A DNA stretch of 64,000 nucleotides from contig NC_043003.1 in NCBI RefSeq assembly GCF_006345805.1, positions 102,734,001 through 102,798,000 of the forward strand, read 5' to 3'. A program made the position numbers and the translations under genes. Below the pieces are notes generated by a model. The model had not been told where the DNA came from. It did no database searches and saw only the letters and a list, made by a program, of their open reading frames with translations. Source of the DNA: Octopus sinensis. Its lineage: Eukaryota. Positions 12,848 to 25,002 of the stretch are shown here, in pieces; position 1 is the stretch's first letter, and every line of letters starts with the position of its first letter.

Positions 12848-12943
12848 CTCAATGATTCAAGTGTGTTACGAACACTCATCGTCTGAAAGAAGTTATTCTC
12901 TAATAAGGAAGTACAACAGCGATTAGCATATTCAGGTTCGAAT
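12848..12943 (-). CDS. Candidate 96-bp internal coding exon (phase 2-2), unknown protein
   Basis: TTTCGGCAG| acceptor and |GTAAGA donor. Open frame FEPEYANRCCTSLLENNFFQTMSVRNTLESL; no family recognised. Confidence 0.3.
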
Positions 12944-12975
12944 CTGCCGAAATGTATTAACAATGAATATGTAGA

Positions 12976-13113
12976 TGGAGGCGTGGGTGTGTGTAGTTAA
13001 AAAATTTGTTTCCTAACCTTGCAATTTAGGGTTCAGTTCTACTATGGATGTCTTAGACAAGTGTTTTCTACTATGAATTTCGGCCCACCAAAACCTTGTG
13101 AGTGGATTTGGTA
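12976..13113 (+). mobile_element. Degenerate family B SINE head followed by (TA)n
   Basis: GGAGGCGTGGGTGTGTG...GGGTTCAGTT...GTGAGTGGATTTGGTA. Confidence 0.7.
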
Positions 13114-13120
13114 ACGTATG

Positions 13121-13183
<63 letters not shown>

Positions 13184-13439
13184 TGAAGGCATTACTATAC
13201 ATAATGCCACATGCTAGGAGGGACTCTTAAAGTCAAAACTACCAAAATAAATAAACACATAGTACCGAATGCGTGGGAATATAACTCTCGAAGCAAGCCT
13301 CTTAAAAACAGAATTCAGCTGCATATCACATGATTTCACGCTAACTACTTGATAAATTCTTATAAAGATTTTATCCTATTTTTAAATTGTAAATTATATA
13401 TATATACATATACTGTACGTGTTGTGTGTGTGTCTTTGT

Positions 13440-13670
13440 CACTCCGTCTTCACATCACATGATAGTTGTAAATGAGTGCCACTACCATACAAGAAGTGTC
13501 ATTAATTTCTACATCTCTGACCATGGTGAAATATTATTTTTTCCCCCGGAAACAGATGAGGGTCGGCGACAGGAAGGGCATCTGGCCGTAAAAAATCTGC
13601 CTTAACGAGCTCCATCCGAATCATGGAAAAGTGGAGGTTAAAATGACGACAACGACGATGATGATGGTGT
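13440..13670 (+). mobile_element. 3' end of a retroposon (SINE/LINE tail) ending in (GAT)n
   Basis: GGCGACAGGAAGGGCATCTGGCCGTAAAAAATCTGCC...GTTAAAATGACGACAACGACGATGATGATG; tail with simple repeat. Family not determined. Confidence 0.55.
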
Positions 13671-13849
13671 AAGTCATCGCATGTATTAAAGGCTTTATAA
13701 CAGGATTTGGGCTTCCATATACAACAAAACTTTTGGCTCTTTCAGAGACAGGAATGTCTCATGAAGCTGTTTGGCAAGGTCGTTAACACTGGTTGCATTA
13801 CAGATTCCAAATTCTAAGTGGTTTTTCTGTTTTGTTTGTCTTATAAATG

Positions 13850-14400
13850 CAGAACAGCAACACAAGTTGCACATTAACAATACACATAACATCTGCATTG
13901 GATGCACAATAACAATATGCTTAATAAACCACCACCACAACAGTACATACAACAACGGGAGCATGCATAATAACACCTGCATTAGATGCGCACTCGCATT
14001 ATTCATAATAAAAGCCTCAATAAATGAACAGTAATAATATGCAAAATGGGTGTTAATAGTTGCTGCACAATAATATTCATTATACCTTGTCAGAAAAATA
14101 CTAAGTGCATATTAGCATTATGCATAATAAGAGTAATAGGAACAGAATGACCTGATGTGCAATAGCAACATTATTAGATGCACAATGATAGTACTGTAAT
14201 AACAGCACTTCGATAGACAATGACACCGCTAAAGATGCAATATTACTATTAGGTGCAATATGATAGCACGAGAAGGTGCCCAATGACAGTACTGTTCTAT
14301 GAACAGGGACAGAACTATTAGAGGTAGAATGATAGCAATATGAGAAGCACAATGACGGTACGATTCTATGCTCAATGACAACACGTAATGCCACGCCTTC
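13850..14400. repeat. Degenerate minisatellite (GATGCACAAT-containing units)
   Basis: Recurring gatgcacaat/agcacaatgac/acagtactgt words. Confidence 0.55.
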
Positions 14401-14660
14401 TTTCCGGAACAACTTTTGAAAAAGCAAATCAGATTAATGAATAATGGTTATTCTGCAAAAAATCAATAAAATTTATTAGCTGAGATACGTTTTAATTACT
14501 GTTTGATAATTAAAATTTAAATACTATTCACTTTTAAGTTAGTATTAAGTATTAAACTACTTCTGGGGTACACTTAGCATCTGAAAGTGTTTTCGTAAAT
14601 ATATTATATCGTGCACATATCTACACACACCCACGTACGTGTATGTATGTTGTGTGCGTG

Positions 14661-14704
<44 letters not shown>

Positions 14705-14728
14705 TATGTATATATATATGTATATTAT

Positions 14729-15192
14729 GGCGAAGTTTCGTTTGTCGTAGCACCGTCGATTTCGTAAAACACTTTTATTTTTTTACATATGGCTTTGCGG
14801 GAATATTTGAAGTAATGAGAGCGAAAGAGACTAAGAGGACGCGATTTTATGACGAGGAAATTTCTTTTGAAGTCCCCGTGTGTGTGTTTGATGGGGTGTG
14901 GGAGACAGACAGTATGTTGTGTAAGTGAAGTGCTTCTGTTAGGTGGTGCGAAGAGACAGAGAGAGTAATGTGTGAAAGAGAGAGATAACTGAAATTTTTT
15001 ACTCGGTGTATGTGTATATGTATGTCTGCATGTATGTTGTGTGTATGTATCTATGTATGTGTGTTGTGTATGTATGTGTGTATGCATGTGGTATGTATGT
15101 ATGTATGTATGGCCGATTCAGTGTTTACATTTTTACGGAAATCGACGGAGGAAATCGACGGAAACGTGTGCTACGACAAACGAAACATTGCC
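14729..15192. mobile_element. MITE inserted in a TA-rich microsatellite
   Basis: TIRs GGC(GA/AA)(A/T)GTTTCGTTTGTCGTAGCAC at 14729 and, reversed, at 15192. TA flanks. Confidence 0.75.
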
Positions 15193-15225
15193 ATATATGT
15201 TATATATATATGTATATTATATTAG

Positions 15226-15260
<35 letters not shown>

Positions 15261-15504
15261 ATATATGCATACATGTTTATGTTTGTTTTCCAAAACTCCT
15301 GATGTGAAACAGATATTGTTATATTTTTGCCAATTAACCACACGCGCTGGTTAGAGGTTACAGGATGTGTGACGAAAGATTTCAGCCAAAGGATAAGAAT
15401 AATAATAAAGCTGAGGCGCAGTCCAATTCAATATGTGACCGCGTGTGTATCGTTGGCGATTTTCTTTCTCCAATTCCTTCGTTGGACTTTTTATTTTTTT
15501 CTAT

Positions 15505-15539
15505 GTTTCTGACGAAGAGCTCCGCTCGAAACGTTAGAT
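15505..15539 (+). ncRNA. Minimal PLE-type hammerhead motif (family E) within pLTR 15440-15640
   Basis: GTTT CTGACGA A GAGC-TCC-GCTC GAAA CG TT|AGAT, with the ACGT palindrome at helix III. Related pLTR copies at 21537 and 37060. Confidence 0.65.
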
Positions 15540-15702
15540 CCTCCTCTTTCTTTCCTTTCCTGAGCGTCCAATAACACTATACTTATTCCACGTCCTCGCG
15601 TTGTTGTGTTTTTCTCTTTATTCATGTTTGGAATAACTATATATAACGCGTGTGTTAGTTGGCAAAAATATGAGACCATCCCCAAATATAACAGTATATA
15701 TA

Positions 15703-15781
<79 letters not shown>

Positions 15782-15799
15782 AGAGGAGAGAGAAGAGAG

Positions 15800-16610
15800 C
15801 ATTGGCTGTGTGGGAGAAGTTTGCTTCCCAGCAACATATTTCTGGGTTCAGTCCCACAGCGTGGAACCTTGGCCAAGTGTCTTCTACTACAGCTTCGGGC
15901 TGACCAAAGCCTTGTGAATGGATTGGTAGACAGAAACTGAAAGAAGTCCGTCGAGTATGTATGTATGTATGTATGTATGTATGTATGTATGTATGTATGT
16001 ATGTATGTATGTATGTATGCATGTATGTATGTATGTACGTATGCATGTATGTATGAATGTATGTATGTATGAATGTATGTATGTATGTATGTATTTATGT
16101 ATGTATGTATGTATGAATGTATGTATGTATGTATGAATGTATGTATGTATGTATGTATGTATGTATGTATGTATGTATGAATGTATGTATGTATGTATGT
16201 ATGTATTTATGTATGTATGTATGTATGTATGTATGTATGTATGTATGTATGTATGTATGTATGTATGTATGTATGCATGTATGTATGTATGTATGTATGT
16301 ATGCATGTATGTATGTACATATATGTGTGTGTATGTATGTATGCATGTATGTATATATATGTGTGTGTGTATGTATGTATGTACGTATGAATGTGTGTGT
16401 GCCTTTTTGTGTCAGTGTTTGTTCCTCCCCCATCGCTTGACAACCGATGGTGATGTGTTTACGTCCCCGTAACTTACCGGTTCGGCACAGAAACCGATAG
16501 AATAAGTATTAGGCTAACAAAGAATAACTTCTGGGGTAGATTTCTTCGACTAAAACCCTTTAAGGCGGTGCTCCAGCTTAGTCGCAGTCAAATGAGTAAA
16601 ACAAGTAAAG
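15800..16610 (+). mobile_element. Family B SINE split by a ~450-bp (TATG)n expansion (15955-16400)
   Basis: Head 15800-15953 and tail 16405-16610 flank the array at the family's usual internal microsatellite site. Confidence 0.85.
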
Positions 16611-16722
16611 ATGTGTGGTGTGTGTGTGTGCGTGCGCGCGCGCGTGTGTGTAAATAAAGGGAGAAAAGAGTCTGCTTCAATGAATCCCTAAACACATATA
16701 AATCCTTCAAGGGTCTACTTTT

Positions 16723-16816
16723 TTCCCTCTGAAGATATTATGCTCGGGTCATATAAATATAAATTTAATATTTATTTAATATTTACTGTGTATTAATTGA
16801 AACAGCTGTAAGGGAA
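16723..16816 (+). ncRNA. Type-I hammerhead motif with 53-nt helix II insert
   Basis: TTCCCT CTGAAGA T ATTA..53 nt..TAAT T GAAA CAGCTG TA|AGGGAA. Canonical core and a perfect 6-bp helix I. Confidence 0.7.
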
Positions 16817-17019
16817 GATGATTAATTTGCTGTTAATAATAAACAATTATTCACTTCCTAATCTCCGTTTTCCGTTTTCTTTTATATGAATATGAACGAT
16901 ATGATTTTATATCAACACCTATTATTTTAAGGAAATTAATTTCCAAAAATTACTAGGTATTGAACCAGTATTTCCTTGGATGAAACAATCCCTTCGTGAG
17001 ATTAACACAACCAGAATTG

Positions 17020-17076
<57 letters not shown>

Positions 17077-17204
17077 TATACATATATATATAAATAATAA
17101 TATAATAATAGAATAAACCTTTACATAAATAAATAACGTGAAATACACACGTATATATATATATATATTTAGTGAGCAGAAACTCACTACGAGGAGCAGA
17201 AGAC

Positions 17205-17660
17205 AGGTGAAATCTGTGTGTGTTTGTTCCCACACCGCCTGACAGCGGGTGTTGGTATGTTTACGTCCGCATAACTTAGTGATTCAACAAAAGAAAGCGA
17301 TAAAATAAGTACCAGGCTTTAAAAAAAATAAGTACTGTTGTCGATTCATTCGACAAAAATTCTTCAAGGTGTTGCCCCAGCATGGCCACCGTCTAAAGGC
17401 TGAAACAAGTGACAGATAGAAAAAGAAAAGATAGAAGTTATCTATTTCTTTACTACCCACAAGGGGCTAAACAAGAACAGACAAACGGATTTAGTCGATT
17501 ACATCGACCCCAGTACATAACTGGTACTTAATTTATCGACCCCGAAAGGATGAAAGGCAAAGTCGACCTCAGCGGAATTTGAACTCAGAACGTAACGGCA
17601 GACAAAATACGGCTACGCATTTCGCCCGGCGTGCTAACCACTCTGCCAGCTCGCCGCCTT
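17205..17660. mobile_element. Family B SINE tail (+, 17205-17430) abutting a full family A SINE (-, 17443-17660)
   Basis: Match to family sequences seen elsewhere in the window. Confidence 0.85.
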
Positions 17661-18003
17661 AAGTTATCGATTGCTTGATATATAGCTAAGCACACACAGT
17701 CATCACGCATGCGCACATGCATGCACACACACGGATCACACACACATACACTCACACAGACTTACACACGCACATGTCATTAATAAAATTCAATATTGTA
17801 TTGTCATATCAGCCACTTTACCAATGAATTTCATACCAGGAATCGAGATGCTTCTGACGATTATCCTGTTATCTCAGCTCCTGCTTTGAAGCAGATTGGC
17901 AAAGCAACTGATATGAGAATATAATATTGTATTTTATAAATATTAATATACTCCACTCTATTAACCGATATATGAACCCCTACACTTTCTGATTTATAGA
18001 CAA

Positions 18004-18035
<32 letters not shown>

Positions 18036-18204
18036 CTCTCTCTGCAAACACACACATACACACACACACACACACGCACCACACACACACACACTCACAC
18101 ATAAATACACATACTCACACACAAATATGCATGCCATAAAACATATCAAGTATAATTTGTATACAAGTACATGTGTGTGTGTGTGTATGTGTGTATGTGT
18201 ATGT

Positions 18205-18236
<32 letters not shown>

Positions 18237-18238
<2 letters not shown>

Positions 18239-18464
18239 CAGGGGTAGGCAGAAAGAGATATACAGTTGCTTAAAATGAGTGGAATGTTCTCTTCATTTCT
18301 CCATTTCTTTGTAAAACCTAAACGATCATAAGTCGACTAAGGGATCTGAGGGAGATGTCTAGTTGATCGGAAGCCCACTTTTCTTTAATTTCTGCGGATT
18401 TTGAGTAAATGTTTGAGCCACTCATATTACGCAAATGTACATCTAATTTTGCCCACCCCTCTGT
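18237..18464. mobile_element. Tc1/mariner-type MITE
   Basis: Imperfect TIRs CAGGGGTAGGCAGAAAGAGATATACA and CAGAGGGGTGGGCAAAATTAGATGTACA; TA flank on the left. Confidence 0.55.
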
Positions 18465-18488
18465 GTGTGTATGTGTGTATGTGTAAAT

Positions 18489-19034
18489 TAATGTAAACAG
18501 CAGGTTGCAAAGTTTCACGAAAAAGGAGAATTATAATTGTCCCTCAATGTGACTAGGGTGTTAAAAACAAATACATTGCTAGAAATAAGAGCTAAAATGC
18601 CCTAAAGCTGTAGTTAAAGCACATCAAAAAAAAGTATATACACTAACAGGGACCATAATTGTTCGAAAAATACCGATCGAGAATTCTTAGACTGACGCGT
18701 CAGTTTCGGCAATTTCCATTGCCTTTTTGGTGAAACATTGCAACCTGCTGTTTACATTAGCGAACCGCTAAGTCATCCATTAATTTGGATGGCGAAAACA
18801 TTTATATGCTAATAGAGAAATAGGTCCGGAAATAGCTGGACACTGAGCTGCCTTACCTGATGATGACAACGGAAAATGCCGAAACTAACGCGCCAGTCTA
18901 AGAATTCTGGGTCGGTATTTTCCAAAATTATGGTCCCTGTTAGTATATGTTTTCATTCATGTGCGTTAACTACAGCATTAGTGCGGTTTAGCTCTTATTT
19001 CTAGCGATGTATTTGCTTTTTAACACCCTAGTCA
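18489..19034. mobile_element. Nested fold-back, probably PLE pLTR-derived (outer arms 18550-18723 and 18865-19034; extra IR 18489-18526 and 18722-18759)
   Basis: Arms about 85% identical; contains a hammerhead-like motif. Confidence 0.65.
18852..18902 (+). ncRNA. Degenerate type-I hammerhead motif
   Basis: CTTA-C CTGATGA T GACAAC GGAA AATGCC GAAA CTAACGCGCCAG TC|TAAG. The inverted copy at about 18685-18723 preserves perfect GGCAAT-GGAA-ATTGCC and the ACTGACGCGTCAGT palindrome. Confidence 0.55.
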
Positions 19035-19052
19035 TATTTAGTGACAATTATA

Positions 19053-19087
<35 letters not shown>

Positions 19088-19094
<7 letters not shown>

Positions 19095-19263
19095 TGTGCA
19101 AGAGTAAGCGTGGCTGTGTTGTACGAAGTTTACTTCCCAGCCACAGGGTTTGGAGTTCAGTCTCAATGCATGCCCCTTCAGCGAGTGTCTTTTGCTATAG
19201 CCCCGAACTGACCAAAAGCATTGTGAGTGGGTTTGGTTGGTGGAATCTGAAAGAAGTCTGTCG
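19088..19263 (+). mobile_element. Family B SINE head followed by (TA)/(GA)/(GATA)n
   Basis: GCGTGGCTGTGTTGTACG...GGAGTTCAGTC...AAAGAAGTCTGTCG. Confidence 0.75.
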
Positions 19264-19287
19264 AAATATATATATATTATATATATT

Positions 19288-19408
<121 letters not shown>

Positions 19409-20309
19409 AGATAGATATATAGATAGATAGATAGATAGATAGATAGATTAAATATATATACTGTAAACTGTTGTGTCTGGGGAGAGTCATTCTCTTTTAG
19501 TGCCATATAATTTAACACACTCACCGGTAAAATTTCCACTCATTTCCTTCTTTATTTTTCTAAAATTTTCGTTGCATCTTGTAAACTTTTATTAGTTGTT
19601 GACTCTCTGTTGAAAGGGTTGCAAGACGCAATGAAAATTTTAGAAAAATAAATAAGGAAATGAGTGGAAATTTTACTGGTGGGTGTGTTAAATTATGAGT
19701 CACTAAAAGAGAATGACTCTCCCCAGACAAAACAGAATATGCATCAACACACGAACTCACATAAAGAATCTTGCAAACCAAATCCAAACGCAATATATAT
19801 ATATATATATATAAAATGATAGTATGTTGTCAACTTAATGTGACAGCCCCATGAAAGGAAGAATGCTACTGCTATTTAGCCCTAGGAAACACCTCTTGCT
19901 GTTAGCCATGACACATTTTCTGTGTCCTTATGTTTTCAAAGGGGAGACAAGCACAACCACTCAGCAAAGTCAGCAATCAGAGACTAGTTTCAAAGTCATT
20001 GTTCATCATCAGTCTGGGGTGGCATGGCATGCTAGCTGTCGATGCCTATTCACCTTTGAAAACATATATGTTCTCAAGTGAATTTCGCCATTTTAAAAGC
20101 TGTGGACAAGAACGTTTGTTAGTTGCCTTTTGAACAGATGTTGAAAAGGAAGAAGACAAAAAGAAAAGCACAAGGGAGATAACCAACGTTACAATAAATG
20201 AATGTTAACCAGACGTAAACAAGATGTTAAATTTTATGCATGTCTGAAGGCGTATTTTAAATCCCGCCAAGATGTATTTATTTTAATGTGGAAATATAGA
20301 AAAAGATCG

Positions 20310-20660
20310 CATTCCAGGGCGGTACATACACCAGGATGTTACGTGCAGTGCTCAACATCTCTTGGCGATAACAACAGTTATATGGGAATGTACCAACTCT
20401 GGCATCAACTATCCAAGAGCAGAGATTGGGGTTTAATGGCCACTGCTGGAGAAGTAAATAACTTGTGAGTAATGTGTCGTTGTGGATACATATCATGGTA
20501 CCACAGCGGCTGGAAGACCACGGAAGTCTAATATACAACAGTTTGCAGGAGATGTTGGTTACCAAGTTGAAGAACTAAAAACACTAATGGAAGATCGGGA
20601 GGGATAGAGAGAAGTAATCAGGCTGGCCCAGGTAATCAGCCTGACTGGATAATGATGAAG
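20310..20660 (+). mobile_element. RTE-clade LINE 3' end, decayed
   Basis: TYTRMLRAVLNISW...GHCWRSK...AGRPRK...LMEDRE; same family as 37880-38400. Confidence 0.8.
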
Positions 20661-20679
20661 AGAACATACTGAGAACATG

Positions 20680-20960
20680 TTTTGGACCTGTTAATACAGG
20701 GTTTGGCTTTGAGAGAATTTTCCCTTGGATGTCGAAATTGGTCACTTCGTCTTTAAGGTTCCAGACTAAAACCGAAAGGATTATTAAATGTCTCTTATCA
20801 TAGTACCCAAAATTCGAAAGATGGTTGTTATATCTGGACTTAAATTTTCCTTCCACGGCTCCGATATAACGCTTGATTCTTGTACAACCATTGCCATAGT
20901 TTGCTGAAACCTGTATTTCATAAACAACGAACGATATATCAATGTTACTCTGGAGGACAC
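20680..20960 (-). mobile_element. Penelope-like GIY-YIG endonuclease fragment
   Basis: VVYEIQV...RYIGAVEGKFKSRYNNHLSNF...VWNLKDE..FDIQGKIL (VVY...YIG signature). Confidence 0.85.
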
Positions 20961-21340
20961 TGAGATTTCTCTTTACATATACAGCCACAGCATGCTTGAG
21001 TCATCTGTTGCTTATCGCTCTGTGACTTAACATTCGGGGAACAAGAAAAAGTAATTTTAACTGTGTGTCTGTTAAAGATTTTATTGTATCTATGGGTCCT
21101 AGAGAAAGTGGATATCTAAGTGCAAGAATCTTCCACCTACATTTGTTCTAAAATTAAGAGAAAAAGAGTGGGACGAACCATAAAACCTCCCGCGACCTAT
21201 TCTTACGACTTGATGGTAGAGGAGGTGGAGGTTGTACAAGATTTCATCAGTGAAGCCGCTATCCTGTAGAGTTCTATTATAATAAGGACCAGCCTTTTCG
21301 ATTTTCTTTAGAAGAAGAATGGCTTGTGTGTGTGTGTGTG

Positions 21341-21413
<73 letters not shown>

Positions 21414-21536
21414 TCAAATTGAATATTAAAATTTGAACATTAACAATCGAACATTGAAAATAATAACAACAAAACAAGGGGGCGTACACATGGAAAGTAT
21501 TAGTTTCACACCCGGAAAAGGTGGAAAGAAGAGAAG

Positions 21537-21571
21537 GTTCCATGTTTCGAACGTAGCTCTTCGTCAGAAAG
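21537..21571 (-). ncRNA. Degenerate family E hammerhead motif within pLTR 21420-21600
   Basis: CTTT CTGACGA A GAGC-TAC-GTTC GAAA CA TG GAAC. The cleavage site is decayed. Confidence 0.45.
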
Positions 21572-21639
21572 GAAAACGGAAAAGTCCAGAGAAGGAAAAA
21601 TTTCACGAACAGCACGTATGCTAGACCTGACAGATTCAG

Positions 21640-22420
21640 TCGAATCTCCCTAAAATTACAACCTACTGTTTTATGTATGCATGCATTTTGACCCTAGTCG
21701 AACACTACTACATTGTGGATGGTCCTGTATGAAATAGCAGCTAAATTTCCCTCAAATCAGTCTAAATGAAAAACATTTATAAAAGCTTAGTGTACGCTTC
21801 TGCTGACAGAAATTGTAACCAAATTTCCCTCAAGTTACATCATACTTATATATGTACACATACAATATGAAGCAATATAGGCTGAAATGTACATGCAAGC
21901 TACAGTTGCTAAAAACAACAGTCAAACCTGTCCTGCGGTCTGATCGAACACAACACAAACGCGCAGACATCTATTCTGAATGAAGCCTTTTTACAGGCAC
22001 TATATAAATAATTAATCTATGTATAATTCGACTGCTATTTCTAGCTTATATATATGTGTGCGTGAATGTGTGTGTGTATGCATGTCAATGTGTGTTTTAC
22101 TGAATCTATTTCATGCATATATTTCATTACGGCAATTAAATATCAATTAAGGTTTTATTAAAACTAACATTTATATTTATGGTGTACGCCAAATCTTCCT
22201 CAAAGTACCGCCTACTGTTGTATATGTTGGCAATAATGGAACATTTCTACATGCACCTGTTAGGAGTAACAGGTAAAACTCCCTCAGACCATTCCCTACA
22301 AAAAGAAACAACAGTTAATTCATGATGTCTAAAAGGGATGCTAGAAGTGGCAGAAACAGCAGCCAAATATCCACTAAATTACACCATGGCGTCTTCTGTC
22401 AGTAAGTAAATATTTATGCA
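21640..22420. repeat. Dispersed degenerate repeat (GAAATAGCAGCCAAATCTCCCTCAAATTACA-like), also at 24290-24700
   Basis: At least five diverged copies of the same ~30-bp word. Confidence 0.5.
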
Positions 22421-22485
22421 TGTACCAATGCAGGGAAACTTGTACATTGTAGTATAGCTGTGAAAAATAGCAGCCAGGACCTTAC

Positions 22486-22612
22486 CCGGATTTGTAATTC
22501 GGACTGAATGTTCTGGATACTTGGATTTAGCCTTTGTGTGTTGGCGGATGCGCTAAGTACTATTTAGATTTTGTTTGTATAATATATTCATACGCAAATA
22601 TCTTGTTTGTGC

Positions 22613-22685
<73 letters not shown>

Positions 22686-22965
22686 CAAGTGTGAACTTTT
22701 ATACTTAGTACCTTGCTTCATGAATTTTGTTACATTGTTTAGTGTTACCGTTAAAATAACACTACTGTTAGTCTCGTTTAAAATGGTAATATAGTACGTT
22801 AGGATGCACTTACTGATCGATAAGAAGCATGACAATCCAAAGTAATGTGATATACTGTTCAATGCTGTTCTTCATGGTTTTTGCACATGTGATTAATATG
22901 TACGATTTGCATGTGTGTGTATATGTATGTATATTTGTATATTTTATATGTATATATGTGTTATG

Positions 22966-23018
<53 letters not shown>

Positions 23019-23896
23019 GTATATATATATATATAGGTATTTTGAGTATCTGTTTTACCATTTATCTTCTTATTCTTATAGGATAGTATGGGAAGCATGT
23101 CTTTTTTTATATATCAATATTATTATTATTATATTATTATAACTTTATAATTATGTATATCCTCTGACGAGGCCTTTGGTTATTTAAACAGACAAATATA
23201 ATCTTTAATGCCTAAGACTATACTACAATGTCATATATGAGCAATTTAAGTTGGATTGTCTCTTGACCATAGGCTGAAACAGCTGTAAGGGGCAGTTTAT
23301 TTGCATTATTTTATTGTATTATTAATTTGCATATTGATGTATATTGTTTTGTTCGGTTTCATGTTCCTATTTGTATAATTAATAAATAATATGAAATTGT
23401 AATATCCGTAAGCTGATGATCGAAATGAATTTGTTCCTCCATCTTCTTATTTGTGTTATTTCTTGTCCTGTTTTTCATTTGTTTCTCTCGTCGTTTGCAT
23501 ATTGAACTCATTTGTTTTCGTATTTCATGTTGTTTACTGTTGGTGACGTCCTGTACACATATATGCATGCGTATATATGTAAATATATATGTGTGTTAAT
23601 ATGTGTGTTAGTGTGTGTGTGTATATATATATGCATATATAGATATATTATTTATACATATATATATATATGTAGGGGGGATGTCTTTGTGTGTAGGGGG
23701 GATGTCAATTGGTGTGGGTGTAGTTACGTCTCCGTGACGTAGCGGTTCGGCAAAAGGAACGGATACAATAAATACCAAGCTTAAAAGAAAAAGAAAAACG
23801 AAAATAAATTACTTGGGACGATTCATTCGACTAAAATTCGAGCGATCTCACAGCATGTCCTCACTTGAACGAATGACATAAATAAGAGTACATACA

Positions 23897-23948
<52 letters not shown>

Positions 23949-24150
23949 CGTATGTGTGTGCGTGAGAGTGTGTGAGAGTGTGTGTGGTGTGTGTAACATA
24001 CATTCTTCTTATCATCTGGATAATTTACCCTTTGCCAAACCCACACTACGGTGTGATCGTCGTGAAACGGATATTCTATACCTGAGGAATTCTGGCTTTG
24101 GCCTGGAACCCGACAGCGTTGATAGCCCAATATTTGAGTTGGCTGCTTCT
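22486..24150 (-). CDS. Two candidate coding exons (24029-24150; 22486-22552), unknown protein
   Basis: Canonical AG/GT sites (donors GTAAAT and GTAAGG) and a phase-compatible join giving KQPTQILGYQRCRVPGQSQNSSGIEYPFHDDHTVVWVWQR-RIRQHTKAKSKYPEHSVRITNP. Other frames are also open, so the evidence is weak. Confidence 0.25.
23160..23291 (+). ncRNA. Type-I hammerhead motif with ~95-nt helix II insert
   Basis: TCCT CTGACGA G GCCT TTGGTTA...TGACCAT AGGC T GAAA CAGCTG TA|AGGG. Canonical core; helix II extends to about 11 bp. Confidence 0.75.
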
Positions 24151-24798
24151 CTGAAAATACCCTATCTTTACACCCTACCAGGACCTTATATATATACATA
24201 GTCTTTATCTTATTTATACTTGTTTCAGTCGTTAGAGTGGGGGCAGTGCCGGAGCACTTCGTTCAAGAGTTTGATAGGTGTAATTTAACTGTTATTTCTA
24301 GCGTATGCTATATATGCCTTTCTGTCCTTCATTCAGACATGTATTCCATTAAAATGATTAAATGCCAGTGAAAGTATTATTAAAACAAACATTTAAATTT
24401 TTAATGTATGAACTCTTAATATATGCAAGAGCTGAGAGTAATAGTAGCCACATCTCCCTCAAATTACACTAGGCTTTTTTATGTATGTACGTACATATCG
24501 ATGCAAAAGCCAATGTAGAGTGACTTGTACAGGGTAACTACAGTTACAAGAAATATCAGCCAAATCTTGTCCTTGTCCCCCCAAAATACAACACAGACAC
24601 ACAGGCGTACATTTCGAATGCAGTCTTTTTACAGGAACATCTCAGAATATCATAACCGGGAACAGTATTAGGGGTTTCTGGTAATCTTTGAGTATGCGCT
24701 ATCGGAAGTCTGTAATAAATATATATTTATAAAGATAATGTCAAAGATATATATATATAACGCACACATACATACATATACATATACAAATACATATA

Positions 24799-24898
<100 letters not shown>

Positions 24899-25002
24899 CA
24901 CCTCTATATGTGTGTGTCTTTGTGTTTGTGCTTGTACACCAGTATGGTGTTGTTTAATTGCTAAAACTCATAGAAGATAAAAGGTAAAATATATATATAT
25001 AT

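Noticed and set aside
12848-12943. Insulin A-chain resemblance (RCCTS..LEN)
   Set aside because: Lacks the third and fourth cysteines and any B chain; coincidental.
13695-13830. Coding-looking stretch (GFGLPYTTKLLALSETG... or NDLAKQLHETF...)
   Set aside because: Open on both strands, no recognisable family and no consistent pair of splice sites.
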